Assembly: GCA_963819095.1 (NCBI GenBank)
Contig: CAWFUO010000001.1
Coordinates: 265,792-329,791, forward strand
Source of the DNA: Candidatus Dormiibacterota bacterium
GTDB taxonomy: Bacteria > Chloroflexota > Dormibacteria > Aeolococcales > Aeolococcaceae
DNA length: 64,000 nt
Direction: 5' to 3'
This document shows, piece by piece, positions 10,844-22,253 of this stretch; positions within the stretch are counted from its first letter, which is position 1, and every line of letters begins with the position of its first letter. The position numbers and the translations under genes were made by a program. A model generated the notes under the pieces. It ran no database searches and had not been told where the DNA came from. It saw only the letters and a program-made list of their open reading frames with translations.

Positions 10844-11476
10844 TCACTGCCGAAACGGAGGCGGGAGCGCCTCGGCACGCGCGTGCAGGGTCGGCGTCCA
10901 CAACACGCCCCACGCGAGCGGCGTGTTCGCGAAGACGAGTGACGCGGACGCGCTGCACGTGACGACATGAAGTCCGGACGGCGGGTTGAGCGTGCGATCG
11001 AGGTAGCCGGGAACCACGACGCCCCCGGCTTTGAGCGATCCGATGTCGCACGATACGTCGGCATTCGTGGGTGATCCGGGATATGCGACTGGCGGCACGG
11101 ACCGGGTGGCGGCATTGCCGCTGTCGCCGCCCGATGTGCACAGGGCGGCGGTCTGCCAGTGGAGCAGGCCGATGTATGTGGTCATCGTGCCGTAGAAGCT
11201 CTCCGCGGCGTAGCGGCAACCGGTGGGCAAACCTGCGGTCACGAGCGTGAGGCCCTGTGCGCCACAGCAGCGCGTGCCCGCAGCATCCACCGCGTTCTCG
11301 GGAGCCTGAAACCTCGACTGCGCAGCCAGCGCCGTGGCTGAGTTGAGCTGCTGCTGCACGGTGACCTGCACCATCACGGCAATGAAGTTGCAGATGAGAA
11401 ACAGCAGGATTGGAATCACGAGCGCGGTCTCGAGAACGGCCTGGGCGTCGTCGCCGCGACGCCTGCTTCGCCTCAC
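10844..11476 (-). CDS. TadE-like protein (Flp pilus assembly / pseudopilin-like)
   Basis: The N-terminus is RRSRRRGDDAQAVLETALVIPILLFLICNFIAV. Its GTG start overlaps the stop of the upstream tadE-like gene (GTGA at 11476-11473). The longer listed ORF (to 11965) is overlap. Confidence 0.7.
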   Translation of the reverse strand: MRRSRRRGDDAQAVLETALVIPILLFLICNFIAVMVQVTVQQQLNSATALAAQSRFQAPENAVDAAGTRCCGAQGLTLVTAGLPTGCRYAAESFYGTMTTYIGLLHWQTAALCTSGGDSGNAATRSVPPVAYPGSPTNADVSCDIGSLKAGGVVVPGYLDRTLNPPSGLHVVTCSASASLVFANTPLAWGVLWTPTLHARAEALPPPFRQ

Positions 11477-12099
11477 GGTGCGAAGCGAAGCGTGTGCGTC
11501 GTGGCCGAAATGTTCGTCGGGAGTTCGAATCCGGCGGCGCCGGGACCAAATCCCGGTGGCACCAGCGACGCGACAAAGCCGATGACTCGGACGGTGATCA
11601 TCGGCGAGTCGTCGCAGCCGGGCGGGTACGGCGAGGCTTGACCTGGCGGCGGAGCGGTACACACGGGAGGGTCGGCCTCGCTGACGCAGACCACCACCAC
11701 GCGCGGACCGTCCGCGGCCTGCACCTCGGCGGGGGTGGAGGGGCAGTGCTGCGAGCTGTCGGGTGCGCACGCACCCGTTGCATCGGTCGCGCACCAACTC
11801 TCGACCGCCGTGCCGAACATCGAGGTGCGTAACCGCCCCGCTATCGCCGCGGTGACGGCTCGAGCATCCGGCGCCGTCTCCGACTGCGGGGTCGACCCGG
11901 CCGACGAGGCGATCCTTGCGCCCTGCTCGACGGCCGAGACCTCGGCGGAGGTCTGAACCGCCCATAACCCGGCGTCGAGCGCGCCGATCAGGCAGAACAG
12001 GAAGAGCGGCAATACCACCGCGAATTCGACAACCGCCTGCCCTCGTGAGCGGTGTGACGTGCGTCGAGGACGCACCACTCCCTCGAATCTCCCTCCCAT
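11473..12099 (-). CDS. TadE-like protein
   Basis: SRGQAVVEFAVVLPLFLFCLIGALDAGLW is the canonical TadE N-terminal motif. Confidence 0.8.
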   Translation of the reverse strand: MGGRFEGVVRPRRTSHRSRGQAVVEFAVVLPLFLFCLIGALDAGLWAVQTSAEVSAVEQGARIASSAGSTPQSETAPDARAVTAAIAGRLRTSMFGTAVESWCATDATGACAPDSSQHCPSTPAEVQAADGPRVVVVCVSEADPPVCTAPPPGQASPYPPGCDDSPMITVRVIGFVASLVPPGFGPGAAGFELPTNISATTHTLRFAP

Positions 12100-12130
12100 C
12101 GCCTTCTCATCCTAGCCGGGCGTGGGGTCC

Positions 12131-13315
12131 TTACGAGGGAAGGACCACGAATGTCAGATTGACCGGCAGCAAAGCAGTCACTATCACCGGGTCGGCCGGC
12201 TGATGGGTGGTCGGGTTGATGAGCGTCGTCCAGGTGCCATCGGCGAAAACCTCGAGGACGTACGGACCGCCGATCGGCACGCTTGTGAAAGTGAAATCGC
12301 CCGACGCGTCAGCGGTCGTGTAGAAGAAGGGCGCGCTCGTCCGGTACATCCCATTGGGTTCCAACTCGTAGTTGGAGCTCAGCCGGACCCGTCCGGCGAC
12401 GGGGCCGCCGATGTGAGTCACGAGCGTTCCCGAGACGGTCTCGGGTGCCGCGAGCATGGCGTGCGCCTGTGCCGCCTCGGGGCTCCCCGGGTAATTCGTG
12501 ACCAACTGCTGCAGGTCGATGAGTGCCTCGCGATAGAAATCCTGGGCGAGGTCCTCCTCGCCGGCAGCCAGCAGCGCCGAGGGAAACAGGCTGTCTGCCG
12601 TTCTTGTCGCGGGCGCCGAATGCTGCGCGGCGATGCCATCGAGGATCGTGACCGCATCGGTGGCGTGTCCCGCTGTGACGAGCAGCCCGGCTTCCCCGGC
12701 TTGATCCACGGGGAGCTGCCGGGCCGCCGAGATCCCGGCCGGCGTGGACGGGGCCAGACGGGCAATCTCCTGGAGCCGGAGGATCGCGCTCGAGTAGTCC
12801 GCGATCGCGGTATCCGACGTCGAAGTCTTCAAGAGGAGCGCCGCCAGGTCGTTGAGCGCCTGCTTCGTGAGCGACGGGGCGGTGACCGATCGGTACAGAG
12901 CGACCGCCTGATCAACCTTGCCGCTGCGGCCGAGTGCCGCCGCCCAGGCCATCAAGGTCTGTTGCGCGACGTGATTGGCCGTCGCCGCATCGCCGGTATC
13001 GAGGACAAAGACGGGGCCGGTCCGCACCGAGATCGCCTCGTCGATTGCGATTGCGCCGGCGTAGTACCCGTGAGCAGCGAGGGTCGCTGCTGCTGAAGCC
13101 GCAGCCGCGGTACTCGTGGCGGCGCCGACGACCACCCCGATGGCGGCTGTGACGATGGCTCCGATGGCCAGCAGCGCCTTGGGCCAGCGCCGGGCGCCAT
13201 AGACCGCGCGATCCGGCCGCGCCGCGAGCGCCGGAGGTGGCTGGGGCACGGCTTCCGGGAAAGATGGCGGCGGGGGCCCCGGGTGCAGTTCCACGTACCC
13301 ATAACGTACGTGCAC
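12131..13315 (-). CDS. membrane-anchored hypothetical protein with Pro-rich N-terminus, one TM helix, an Ala-rich helical region and a C-terminal CarboxypepD_reg-like beta-sandwich
   Basis: The TM helix is ALLAIGAIVTAAIGVVVGA. The C-terminus SGTLVTHIGGPVAGRVRL...TTADASGDFTFTSVPIGGPYVLEV resembles a carboxypeptidase-regulatory-like domain. It is the first gene of the tad-like unit. Confidence 0.55.
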   Translation of the reverse strand: MHVRYGYVELHPGPPPPSFPEAVPQPPPALAARPDRAVYGARRWPKALLAIGAIVTAAIGVVVGAATSTAAAASAAATLAAHGYYAGAIAIDEAISVRTGPVFVLDTGDAATANHVAQQTLMAWAAALGRSGKVDQAVALYRSVTAPSLTKQALNDLAALLLKTSTSDTAIADYSSAILRLQEIARLAPSTPAGISAARQLPVDQAGEAGLLVTAGHATDAVTILDGIAAQHSAPATRTADSLFPSALLAAGEEDLAQDFYREALIDLQQLVTNYPGSPEAAQAHAMLAAPETVSGTLVTHIGGPVAGRVRLSSNYELEPNGMYRTSAPFFYTTADASGDFTFTSVPIGGPYVLEVFADGTWTTLINPTTHQPADPVIVTALLPVNLTFVVLPS

Positions 13316-13398
13316 GCACCCGCGGCACGCCGGTCCGGATCTCCGTCGCGAACCGAGCCTCGAGCAGGGTTCTGCCGGACGAGTAGGCTGCTCGCCGA

Positions 13399-14922
13399 AT
13401 GATCACCGTGGACGGAGGAGCACTGACCATCGATGCCGTGGTGCGCGCGGCTCGAGGGCGCGAACCTGTTGCCCTGGATCCCGGCGTCCGCTCCCGGATG
13501 CGGCCGGCACGCGACGTTGTGGAGCATCTCGATCGCGAGGGAGCCGTCGTGTACGGCGTCACGACGGGGTTCGGCGCGCTCGCCGACCGCGCGGTGGACC
13601 CCGCGGACCGCGCCCTCCTGCAACGATCGGTCGTGCTCAGTCATGCGGCCGGATCGGGTCCGCGCCTGGAGGATGAGGTCGTCCGGGGGATGATCCTGCT
13701 TCGCGCACGCACCCTCGCCGCCGGTCTGTCCGGAGTCCGCGTGGAGCTGGTCGAGGCGCTGCTCGGGCTGCTCGACGCCGGCGTCATCCCATGGGTGCCC
13801 GAGCACGGCTCGCTCGGTGCTTCCGGGGATCTCGCGCCCCTCGCCGCCATGGCAACGGTAGTGCTCGGCCAGGGCTGGGTTGCGGACGGGAACGCCCGCA
13901 TCGAGGGTGGGACCGTGCTGCGCGACCGCGGGTTGACACCCATCGATGTCGAGCCCAAGGAAGGCCTCGCGCTGATCAACGGTACCGATGCCATGACCAG
14001 CCTGCTCGCCCTGGCGGTGCACGACGTCGAGGACCTTCTGCGCGTTGCCGACATCGCCTGTGCGCTCAGCGTGGAGGCACTGTTCGGGACCACCGCCGCA
14101 TACGACGAGCGAGTTGTGGCGCTCCGTCCGGCGCGCGGACAGGCCAACTCGGCTGCCAATCTGCGTGCCCTCCTCGAGGGCAGCCCGATCGTCGCGTCCC
14201 ACCGGCCGTCGCGCCATGCGGTGCAGGACGCTTATTCTCTGCGCTGCGCGCCCCAGGTCCACGGCGCCGCGCGTGATGTCGTCGCCTTCTGCCGTCAGAC
14301 GGTCGAACATGAATTAGCCAGTGTTGTCGATAACCCGGTGGTCCTGGGCGACGACGTGGTGAGCGCGGGCAACTTTCATGGCCAGGCGCTGGCATATGCG
14401 GCCGACATGCTCGCGTCGGTGTGCGCCGATGTGGCCGCGATCAGCGAGCGCCGCCTCGACCGGCTGCTCGACCCCGCGCGATCCCGCGGACTGCCCGCGT
14501 TCCTGAGCCCCGAGCCCGGATTGAACAGCGGTCTGATGATCACGCAGTACACCGCGGCAGCGATGGTCGCATCGCTCCGCCACGCGGCCACCCCGTTTGC
14601 GGTGCAGAGCGCCGCGACCAGTGCGGGTCAGGAGGACCACGTCTCGATGGGCTACGAAGCGGCGTTGCGCACCCGCCGGTCGGTGGAGCTGCTTCGCTCC
14701 GTCCTCGCTATTGAGGTGCTCGGCGCGGCGCAGGCGATCGACATGCGTCACCCGCTCCGGCCGGCGCCGGCGACGGGTGCGGTGGTCGCGGGCCTGCGGT
14801 TGCGTACCAAGCCGCTCGCCGCCGACCGCATCCTCTCCGGCGATCTCGAAGCAGTCGAGCAATGGGCACGTGACGGCGAGTGGCACGGTGCCCTCGACGA
14901 TGCCGGGGTGACCTTGCGATGA
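13399..14922 (+). CDS. hutH: histidine ammonia-lyase
   Basis: The MIO-forming motif [13 protein letters not shown] is present and the protein is HAL-like over its full length. Confidence 0.95.
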   Translation: MITVDGGALTIDAVVRAARGREPVALDPGVRSRMRPARDVVEHLDREGAVVYGVTTGFGALADRAVDPADRALLQRSVVLSHAAGSGPRLEDEVVRGMILLRARTLAAGLSGVRVELVEALLGLLDAGVIPWVPEHGSLGASGDLAPLAAMATVVLGQGWVADGNARIEGGTVLRDRGLTPIDVEPKEGLALINGTDAMTSLLALAVHDVEDLLRVADIACALSVEALFGTTAAYDERVVALRPARGQANSAANLRALLEGSPIVASHRPSRHAVQDAYSLRCAPQVHGAARDVVAFCRQTVEHELASVVDNPVVLGDDVVSAGNFHGQALAYAADMLASVCADVAAISERRLDRLLDPARSRGLPAFLSPEPGLNSGLMITQYTAAAMVASLRHAATPFAVQSAATSAGQEDHVSMGYEAALRTRRSVELLRSVLAIEVLGAAQAIDMRHPLRPAPATGAVVAGLRLRTKPLAADRILSGDLEAVEQWARDGEWHGALDDAGVTLR

Positions 14923-16596
14923 CCGCGGGGGCTCGCCCGGTGCGCGCGCCGCACGGCAACAAACTCACTTGCGGAAGCTGGCAGACCGAGGCGCCGCTAC
15001 GCTGCCTCATGAACAACCTCGACCCCGCAGTGGCGGAGGACCCCGATTCGTTGGTGGTGTATGGCGGCACCGGGCGGGCGGCTCGCTCGTGGGAGTGCTT
15101 CGACGCCATCGTCGCGACGCTCCGGTCGCTGCGCGACGACGAGACCCTGCTGGTGCAGTCGGGCAAGCCGGTGGGCGTTGCCAGGACCCACGAGCTGGCC
15201 CCACGAGTGCTCATCGCCAACTCGCTCCTGGTGCCACGCTGGGCGACGTGGGAGGAGTTCTGGCGCCTCGAGGCGATGGGGCTGACGATGTATGGGCAGA
15301 TGACCGCGGGCTCGTGGATCTACATCGGCACCCAGGGCATCCTCCAGGGCACGTTCGAGACCTTCGAAGCGGTGGCCCGCAAGCGTTTCGGCGGCAGCTT
15401 GAGCGGCCGCCTGGTGGTGACCTCGGGGCTCGGCGGCATGGGCGGCGCGCAGCCGCTCGCCGTGACCATGAGTGGCGGCGTTGCGCTCTGCATCGATGTG
15501 GACCCAGCTCGTATTCAGCGTCGCCTCGACACCGGGTACGTCGACGAGGTCGCCGACACGCTGGATGCGGCGGTGCGGCGGTGCGACGTCGCCCGCGAAG
15601 AAGGACGTGCGCTGTCGGTTGCCGTCTGCGGCAACGCCGCCGAGGCGCTGCCGGCACTGCTCGAGTTCGTCGCTGGCCATCGACGTCGTGACCGACCAGA
15701 CGAGCGCCCACGACCCGCTGCACGGATACATCCCGGCCGGGCTGAGCCTGGAAGCGGCGGCCGCGCTGCGCGCGAGCGACCCCGAGGAATACATGCGCCG
15801 CTCGCGCGAATCGATGGCGCGGCACTGCGAGGCAATGGTGGAATACCAGCGGCGCGGGGCCGAGGTGTTCGACTATGGGAACTCGCTGCGCGACCAGGCG
15901 CGCATCGGCGGCTTCGCCGACGCGTTCGCATATCCCGGATTCGTCCCCGCATACATTCGCGATCAGTTCTGCGAAGGGCGCGGACCGTTCCGGTGGGTCG
16001 CGCTGAGCGGTGAACCCGAAGACATCGCGCGTACCGATGCGGCCATGCTCGAGCTGTTCCCGGATCACGACGGTTTGCACCGCTGGATCACCCTCGCCAG
16101 GGAGCGGGTGCACTTCCAGGGCCTTCCCGCTCGGATTTGCTGGCTCGGCGCCGGCGAGCGTCATCTCGCGGGACTCCGGTTCAACGACATGGTGCGCAGC
16201 GGCGAGCTGTCTGCACCGGTGGTCATCGGGCGCGACCATCTCGACAGCGGTTCGGTTGCCTCCCCAATGCGCGAGACCGAGGCGATGCGTGACGGCAGCG
16301 ACGCGATCGCCGACTGGCCGGTGCTCAACGCGCTCCTCAACACCGCGAGCGGCGCGACGTGGGTCGCGGTGCACCACGGTGGCGGCGTCGGCATGGGACT
16401 CTCGATTCATGCGGGGGCGCAGGTATGCGCGGATGGCACCGAGCTGTCGGCGCGTCGCTGCGAGCTCATGCTCACCAATGACCCGTCGACCGGGGTGATG
16501 CGGCACGCGGACGCAGGCTATCCCGAAGCGCGCGACGCGGCTCGGGAGCGTGGCGTGCGCGTGCCCATGCTCGATGCGGATAACTCGGGCGGGTGA
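14919..16596 (+). pseudogene. hutU: urocanate hydratase, interrupted by one +1 frame break near 15665-15678
   Basis: The N-terminal 250 aa ([18 protein letters not shown]...[10 protein letters not shown]) lie in the 14880 ORF frame. The remainder ([14 protein letters not shown]...HHGGGVGMG) lies in the 15472 ORF frame. The span is 1678 nt (3n+1). ATG 14919 overlaps the hutH stop (ATGA). Confidence 0.9.
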
Positions 16597-17502
16597 ACGC
16601 TCGCGAGTGGCTCGCCGGCGACGCTGCCGCTCCGGACCTCGTCCTGCTCGGCGCTCCGATCGGGAAGGCGTCGATCACCCCGGTCGAAGTCGTGGTCGAC
16701 ACCGCCGGCTTTCCGCGAAGCGCTGGGCCGGTTTCCGACCTGGGACGCGCAGCGTTTCGTTGACATCGCGACGCTGAAGGTGAAGGACGCCGGGGACGTC
16801 CAGGGCGACCGTGACGACACCGATGCGCGTGCGGCGCACGAACGCATCCTGTCGGCCGCGGAGAGCGCAGGCCGGATGGCCGCTCACGTTGTGGTCGTCG
16901 GTGGCGACAACTCGCTCACTCGTCCGGTGCTGCTGGGACTCATGAACGCCAGTCCCGGCGCCTGGGGATTGCTCACCCTCGATGCCCACCACGACTGCCG
17001 TCCGGCCACAGACGGCTCGCGGAATGGAACCCCAGTGCGCGAGTTGATCGAGGCCGGGCTGCCCGGCGACCGCGTCGCGCAGATCGGTATCCATCCGCTC
17101 GGGAACGCACGGGAGCATGCGGACTGGGCGCGAGCGCAGGGGATTCACATCGTTCCGTTGCTCACGGTGCGACGCGATGGCATCGACGCCGTGATCGCGG
17201 CGTCGATCGCACAGATCGTGGCAGCCGGCGCCGAGCGCCTCTACGTCGACTTCGACATCGACGTCATCGACCGCGCGTTCGCGCCGGCTTGCCCGGCAAG
17301 CCTCCCTGGTGGGATGCAGCCCGATGATCTGTTTCGCGCGGCATATCTGCTCGGCTCAGAGCCGCGCGTGGTTGGGGCCGATCTCTGCGAGGTGGACGCG
17401 AATGCCGACGTCAACGCCATGACGGTGCGGTTGATGGCCGCGACGTTCCTCAAGTTCTGCAGCGGGCTCGCGAACCGACGTCGCCACTGGAGCGAAGCAT
17501 GA
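16593..17502 (+). pseudogene. hutG: formimidoylglutamase (arginase family), interrupted by one +1 frame break near 16675-16710
   Basis: GTG 16593 overlaps the hutU stop (GTGA) and encodes NAREWLAGDAAAPDLVLLGAPIGKASIT. The sequence then continues in the +1 frame (PPAFREALGRFPTW...LTLDAHHDCR...DFDIDVID). The span is 910 nt (3n+1). Confidence 0.8.
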
Positions 17503-18719
17503 GTGCGATCGTGATTCACGGGATCGGTGTCCTGTGCACGTGCGATCCGCTCGTTGGTGAAGCTCCGGGTGTCGTACCGGATGCCGCGCTCGTCGCGCGC
17601 GATGGCGTGATCGTCTACGCCGGGCCGGAGGCGACGCTCGATCGAGGCGACGTTCCCCGCGGAGCGCTCGAGGTGCATGCTCGCGGCGCCGCGGTCATTC
17701 CGGGATTCGTCGACGCGCACACGCATATCGTCTGGCTCGGCGACCGCCGCGATGAATATGCGCAGCGCGCTGCCGGCGAGACCTACGAGGAGATAGCAGC
17801 AGCGGGCGGTGGCATCCGTTCCACGGTGACGGCAACGGCAGCCGGGAGCGTCGAGGACCTGGTGACAGCGAGTCGCGAGCGCGCTCGACGCATGCTCGCC
17901 GGCGGCACCACCACCATCGAGGTCAAGAGCGGATACGGGCTGGACCACGACGCGGAGATGCGCCAGCTCGACGCGGCCGAGCGCCTTCGCCAGTGGCAGG
18001 ATCTCCCCGACGTGGTGGCGACCTATCTGCCGCTGCATGCGACCCCGGACGGACCGCGTGAACCCTTCATCGACGACGTGTGCACGCGCGGCGTGAAGGA
18101 CGCGGCAAAACGCGCGCTCTTCGTCGACGCGTTCTGCGACACAGGTGCATACACGGTGGCAGAGTGTGAGCGACTCTTCGCCGCGGCCAAGACACACCAT
18201 CTGCGTCCAAAGATCCACGCCGAGCAGCTGTCGCACAGCGGCGGTGCCTTGCTTGCCGCACAGGTGGGCGCTATGAGCGCCGACCATCTCGAACATGCGA
18301 CAAACACCGATCTCGAGGCGCTCAGCAAGGCGGGGGTCGTCGGGGTGATCCTGCCAGGAGCCTCGCTGGTCATGGGTGGTCCGCCGCCGCCCGGACGGCG
18401 ACTGCTCGAGGCGGGTTGCACCGTCGCTGTGGCAACCGATTGCAACCCGGGCACCTGTTACAGCGAGTCGATGCCACTGATGATCTCGCTCGCGGTCTCG
18501 CTGGGCGGCCTCACACCGGCTCAGGCGCTGGTCGCGGCCACCGCCGCGGGCGCATCCGCCCTCGGGCTCTCCGATCGAGGCATCCTGCGCGCCGGGCTGC
18601 GCTGCGATGCGGTGATCCTCGAGACCGCGACCTGGGTCGACGTCGGGTATCACCTCGGCGGTGACATCGTGGGCACCGTGATCCTCGATGGCCGCTTGGC
18701 GGTACCCTCGACAGCGTGA
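17499..18719 (+). CDS. hutI: imidazolonepropionase
   Basis: The amidohydrolase motifs PGFVDAHTH, KIHAEQL and ATDCNPG are present. The start overlaps the hutG stop (ATGA). Confidence 0.95.
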   Translation: MSAIVIHGIGVLCTCDPLVGEAPGVVPDAALVARDGVIVYAGPEATLDRGDVPRGALEVHARGAAVIPGFVDAHTHIVWLGDRRDEYAQRAAGETYEEIAAAGGGIRSTVTATAAGSVEDLVTASRERARRMLAGGTTTIEVKSGYGLDHDAEMRQLDAAERLRQWQDLPDVVATYLPLHATPDGPREPFIDDVCTRGVKDAAKRALFVDAFCDTGAYTVAECERLFAAAKTHHLRPKIHAEQLSHSGGALLAAQVGAMSADHLEHATNTDLEALSKAGVVGVILPGASLVMGGPPPPGRRLLEAGCTVAVATDCNPGTCYSESMPLMISLAVSLGGLTPAQALVAATAAGASALGLSDRGILRAGLRCDAVILETATWVDVGYHLGGDIVGTVILDGRLAVPSTA

Positions 18720-20173
18720 TGCTCACCGAGTCCTCGCGTCGCAGCCGGCCCGCTCGTCGCGGAGGCATTACCCTCCCACGCCTGGTGGGACAGGACCTCG
18801 AGGTCCAGCTCGCCGGTGGTGAGACACGGACCTACGTCAACCTCGACATGGCGGCGAGCACGCCGGCGATGGAGGCCGTGGCCGACGCGGTGATCGAATT
18901 CCTCCCCTGGTACTCCAGCGTGCACCGCGGAGCCGGCTTCGCGTCGCAGGTGTCGACGCGGGCGTACGAGGCGGCGCGATCCGCCGTGGCCGCCTTCGCC
19001 GGCGCTCGCTCCTCGGATGCGGTCATCTTTGTCCGCAACACGACGGAGGCGATCAACCTGCTGACCCACTGCGTAGTGCTGCGCCCAGGCCACGCGGTGC
19101 TCAGCACGATCGTCGAGCACCACGCCAACATGCTGCCCTGGCGGCGACTGGCTGCAGTCGAGCTGCTCGATGCGCCGGACTCCGCCGAGCAGTTGCTCGC
19201 CGATCTGCGCCGCGCGCTGGAAGATCGCCACCGGCCCATCGGTATCGTCGCCATCACAGGTGCGAGCAACGTCACCGGCGAGGTCTTCCCGGTTGCGGAG
19301 ATCGGCCGGCTCGCCCACGAGCACGGCGCGCTCCTCGCCGTCGACGCCGCGCAGCTTGCCCCGCATAGAGCCATCGACATGGTCGCGATGGGCATCGATT
19401 TCCTCGCCCTCTCCGGGCACAAGATGTACGCGCCCTTCGGTGGCGGCGTGCTGATCGGACCCTCAGCCGTCCTCGGTGACGCCGAGCCCATGCTGGCGGG
19501 CGGCGGTGCGGTGACGTACGTCACCACGGACGACGTGCAGTGGGCGCCACTTCCAGACCGCCACGAGGCGGGGAGCCCGAACGTGGTGGGCGCGATCGCC
19601 CTGGGCGCGGCATGTACGGTTCTCGGACGCACCGGGATGCATCACATCGGCGTGCACGAGAAACGCCTGCTTGCGTATCTCGACGGCCAGATCGACGATC
19701 TCCCGCGGTTGCACCGGCTCCGCTTGTGGGAGGGCCCCGATGTCGACCGCCTGGGCGTGAGCACCTTCACCGTCGACGGGATGCATCACGCGCTGGTGGC
19801 CTCGGTGTTGAGTGCCGAGTACGCGATCGGAGTCCGCCACGGCTGCTTCTGCGCGCACCCGTACATCACCCACCTGCTCGGCGTGAGCATCGGCGAGGCA
19901 CACACCATTCGCGAGCGGCTCCGCCGCGGCGAGCACCAGGAGATCCCCGGTGCGATCCGCGCGTCGTTCGGGATCGGTACATCGGTGGAGCACATCGATC
20001 GCCTCATCGCCGCGCTCCGCGAGATCACCACGCGTGGTCCGCACCTGGAATACATCGAGGATCCCCATACCGGCGACTACCTGCCGGTCGGCGATCAGCG
20101 ACGGCTCCCGCTGTTCGATTTCCTGCCGCCCCTGGAGGCGATGGAAACCCCGTCAGGGTGCGGTCAGTTCTGA
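18716..20173 (+). CDS. aminotransferase class V / cysteine desulfurase-like PLP enzyme
   Basis: The PLP-lysine context [19 protein letters not shown] is present and the fold is type V throughout. The GTG start overlaps the hutI stop (GTGA). Confidence 0.85.
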   Translation: MMLTESSRRSRPARRGGITLPRLVGQDLEVQLAGGETRTYVNLDMAASTPAMEAVADAVIEFLPWYSSVHRGAGFASQVSTRAYEAARSAVAAFAGARSSDAVIFVRNTTEAINLLTHCVVLRPGHAVLSTIVEHHANMLPWRRLAAVELLDAPDSAEQLLADLRRALEDRHRPIGIVAITGASNVTGEVFPVAEIGRLAHEHGALLAVDAAQLAPHRAIDMVAMGIDFLALSGHKMYAPFGGGVLIGPSAVLGDAEPMLAGGGAVTYVTTDDVQWAPLPDRHEAGSPNVVGAIALGAACTVLGRTGMHHIGVHEKRLLAYLDGQIDDLPRLHRLRLWEGPDVDRLGVSTFTVDGMHHALVASVLSAEYAIGVRHGCFCAHPYITHLLGVSIGEAHTIRERLRRGEHQEIPGAIRASFGIGTSVEHIDRLIAALREITTRGPHLEYIEDPHTGDYLPVGDQRRLPLFDFLPPLEAMETPSGCGQF

Positions 20174-22218
20174 GTCACCACTGCGCGCACGCCGAGCTCT
20201 CGCACTAGGGCGGTAGCGTCGGTCACCGGCGCCTGGCAGACGAAACCGTGACAGACATACGCCGCGGGCGCGCCTGCCACAAGTACGCGGCCGTCGAGGA
20301 GCGGAACGTCACCCGGGGTTCCCCACGCGACGACGCTGAGCGGATCGAATCGACGCTGCACCGCCGCGACGAGCGAGCGAGTCCGCGCGTCTGCAGGATC
20401 GCCGATGATGGCGACCTCGCGCATCGGACCGACAACCAGCTCCATCGCAGCCGCGAGTCCGGCAACGGCGAGCGGAGCGCGCGCGACGACGGTGGCAAGT
20501 GGAGCGGCAATCTCCAACGCGCGCTCGTGCCACCGCGCTTCGCCGGTGAATGCGTGGAGGCGTGAGAACAAGCCCGCAGCAACCGACTGTCCGGCGCTCA
20601 CCGGGTTGTCGTCGATGGTGCGCGGGCGAACGATCAGTGGATCCGCATCTCCGGCGGTATCGAAGTAGTTGCCGTCCGAGTCTCGGTACTGCTCGACGAT
20701 GCGGTCACTGACAGCGAGCGCGGCGTTGAAGTATCTCGGTTCGCCGGTCGCCTCGTAGAGGGTGAGCAGCGCCGCTCCGAGATTCGCAACGTCGTCGAGA
20801 AAGCCGATGATGCGCGCGTCAGCCCCGTTCCAGATGCGATGCACAACGCCGTCGCGGACCACGTGCTCCAACAGGAAGTCGGCGCACGCCACCGCAATCT
20901 CCGTGTAGTCAGCTCTTCCCAGCGCCGCTCCCGTCTCCGCATACGCTGTGATGGCGAGCGCATTCCACGCCGTGATGACCTTGCCGTCGCGCTCCGGTGC
21001 GGGACGCGATGCTCTCGCTTTGAGGAGGCGCGCGCGAATATCCTCGACCTGCGCGTGCAACGTGGACCCGTCCACCTGCATCGATCGAGCGACGTGCGCA
21101 ATCGGGTATGGCATGGACAGCACCGTTGTTCCGTGCTCGAAGTTGCCACCGTCGACAACGCCGAAGATGCGGCCCGCAAGCATTCCGGCCTCATCACCGA
21201 GGATCTCGCGCAGTTGCGCGGGCGTCCAGACGAAGAACGCTCCCTCGCCGCCGGGGCTGTCCGCGTCCTGCGACGCAGCGAAAGCGCCACCCGGCAGGCG
21301 CAATTCGCGCGCCATGTAGTCAAGGGTGCGGGTGCAGACCTCGAGCAAGTCGTCGCGCTCGCTCACCTGGTACGCGTGCAGGTACACGGGAGCGAGGAGC
21401 GCGTTGTCGTAGAGCATCTTCTCGAAGTGCGGCACGGCCCAGCGCGCATCGACGCTGTAGCGATGGAAGCCGCCGCCCACCTGGTCGTGGATGCCGCCAC
21501 GCGCCATCGCGTCGAGCGACAGGAGCGCGGCATCCCTGATCGCCATGTCGCCGTTGACGCGTGCCCGGCGCAGCATCAGGTCGAGCGCCTGCGGATGTGG
21601 AAACTTCGGCGCCGCCCCGAACCCGCCGTGCACGCGGTCGGTCTCGCCGGCGAGCTTCTTCGCCGCCTCATCGAGCAGCGCGGCGGTTGGGTCCCCGGGC
21701 GCGGGCAGCTGCCGGGGCGCAACCGCATCGCGCACCTTCTCTCCCATGACCCCGATCTCGTCACGCTGCCCGTGATACGCGGCGGCAGCAGCCTGGAGTA
21801 CCGCCGGGAATCCATGCATGCCCTGCCGATCTTCCGGGGGGAAATAGGTGCCGCTGTAGAACGGCAGCCCGGACGGGGTGAGGAAGACGGTCAGCGGCCA
21901 CCCACCCTGGATGCCCATCGCCTGCGCGGCGCCCATGTACACGGTGTCGACGTCCGGGCGCTCCTCGCGGTCGACCTTGATGCTGACAAACAGCTCATTC
22001 ATGAGTGATGCGATGCCCGGGTTCTCGAAGGACTCGTGCGCCATCACGTGGCACCAGTGGCAAGCGCTGTAGCCGATCGACAGCAGCACCGGTCGGTCCT
22101 CGCTGCGCGCGCGCTCGAAGGCGGCATCACCCCAGGGGTACCAGTCGACCGGGTTCTCCGCGTGCTGGAGCAGGTACGGGCTCGAACTCGGCGGCAAGGC
22201 GATTGGCCATGCGGCCAC
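20164..22218 (-). CDS. thioredoxin-domain protein (DUF255 / YyaL family, Trx + six-hairpin glycosidase-like domain)
   Basis: [43 protein letters not shown] is the DUF255 signature and includes a CHWC motif. Confidence 0.9.
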   Translation of the reverse strand: MAAWPIALPPSSSPYLLQHAENPVDWYPWGDAAFERARSEDRPVLLSIGYSACHWCHVMAHESFENPGIASLMNELFVSIKVDREERPDVDTVYMGAAQAMGIQGGWPLTVFLTPSGLPFYSGTYFPPEDRQGMHGFPAVLQAAAAAYHGQRDEIGVMGEKVRDAVAPRQLPAPGDPTAALLDEAAKKLAGETDRVHGGFGAAPKFPHPQALDLMLRRARVNGDMAIRDAALLSLDAMARGGIHDQVGGGFHRYSVDARWAVPHFEKMLYDNALLAPVYLHAYQVSERDDLLEVCTRTLDYMARELRLPGGAFAASQDADSPGGEGAFFVWTPAQLREILGDEAGMLAGRIFGVVDGGNFEHGTTVLSMPYPIAHVARSMQVDGSTLHAQVEDIRARLLKARASRPAPERDGKVITAWNALAITAYAETGAALGRADYTEIAVACADFLLEHVVRDGVVHRIWNGADARIIGFLDDVANLGAALLTLYEATGEPRYFNAALAVSDRIVEQYRDSDGNYFDTAGDADPLIVRPRTIDDNPVSAGQSVAAGLFSRLHAFTGEARWHERALEIAAPLATVVARAPLAVAGLAAAMELVVGPMREVAIIGDPADARTRSLVAAVQRRFDPLSVVAWGTPGDVPLLDGRVLVAGAPAAYVCHGFVCQAPVTDATALVRELGVRAVVTQN

Positions 22219-22253
22219 GCTAACGGAAGCGCTCCCGGCCGCGTCCCGGCAAC

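Noticed and set aside
9978-11576. A 532-aa minus-strand ORF spanning the TadG-like gene, the repeat spacer and part of the TadE-like gene.
   Set aside because: Only its last 180 or so codons look like a protein (Tad_N motif). The rest is Arg/Pro/Ser-rich, runs out of frame over a better-supported TadE-like gene, and stays open only because of the high G+C.
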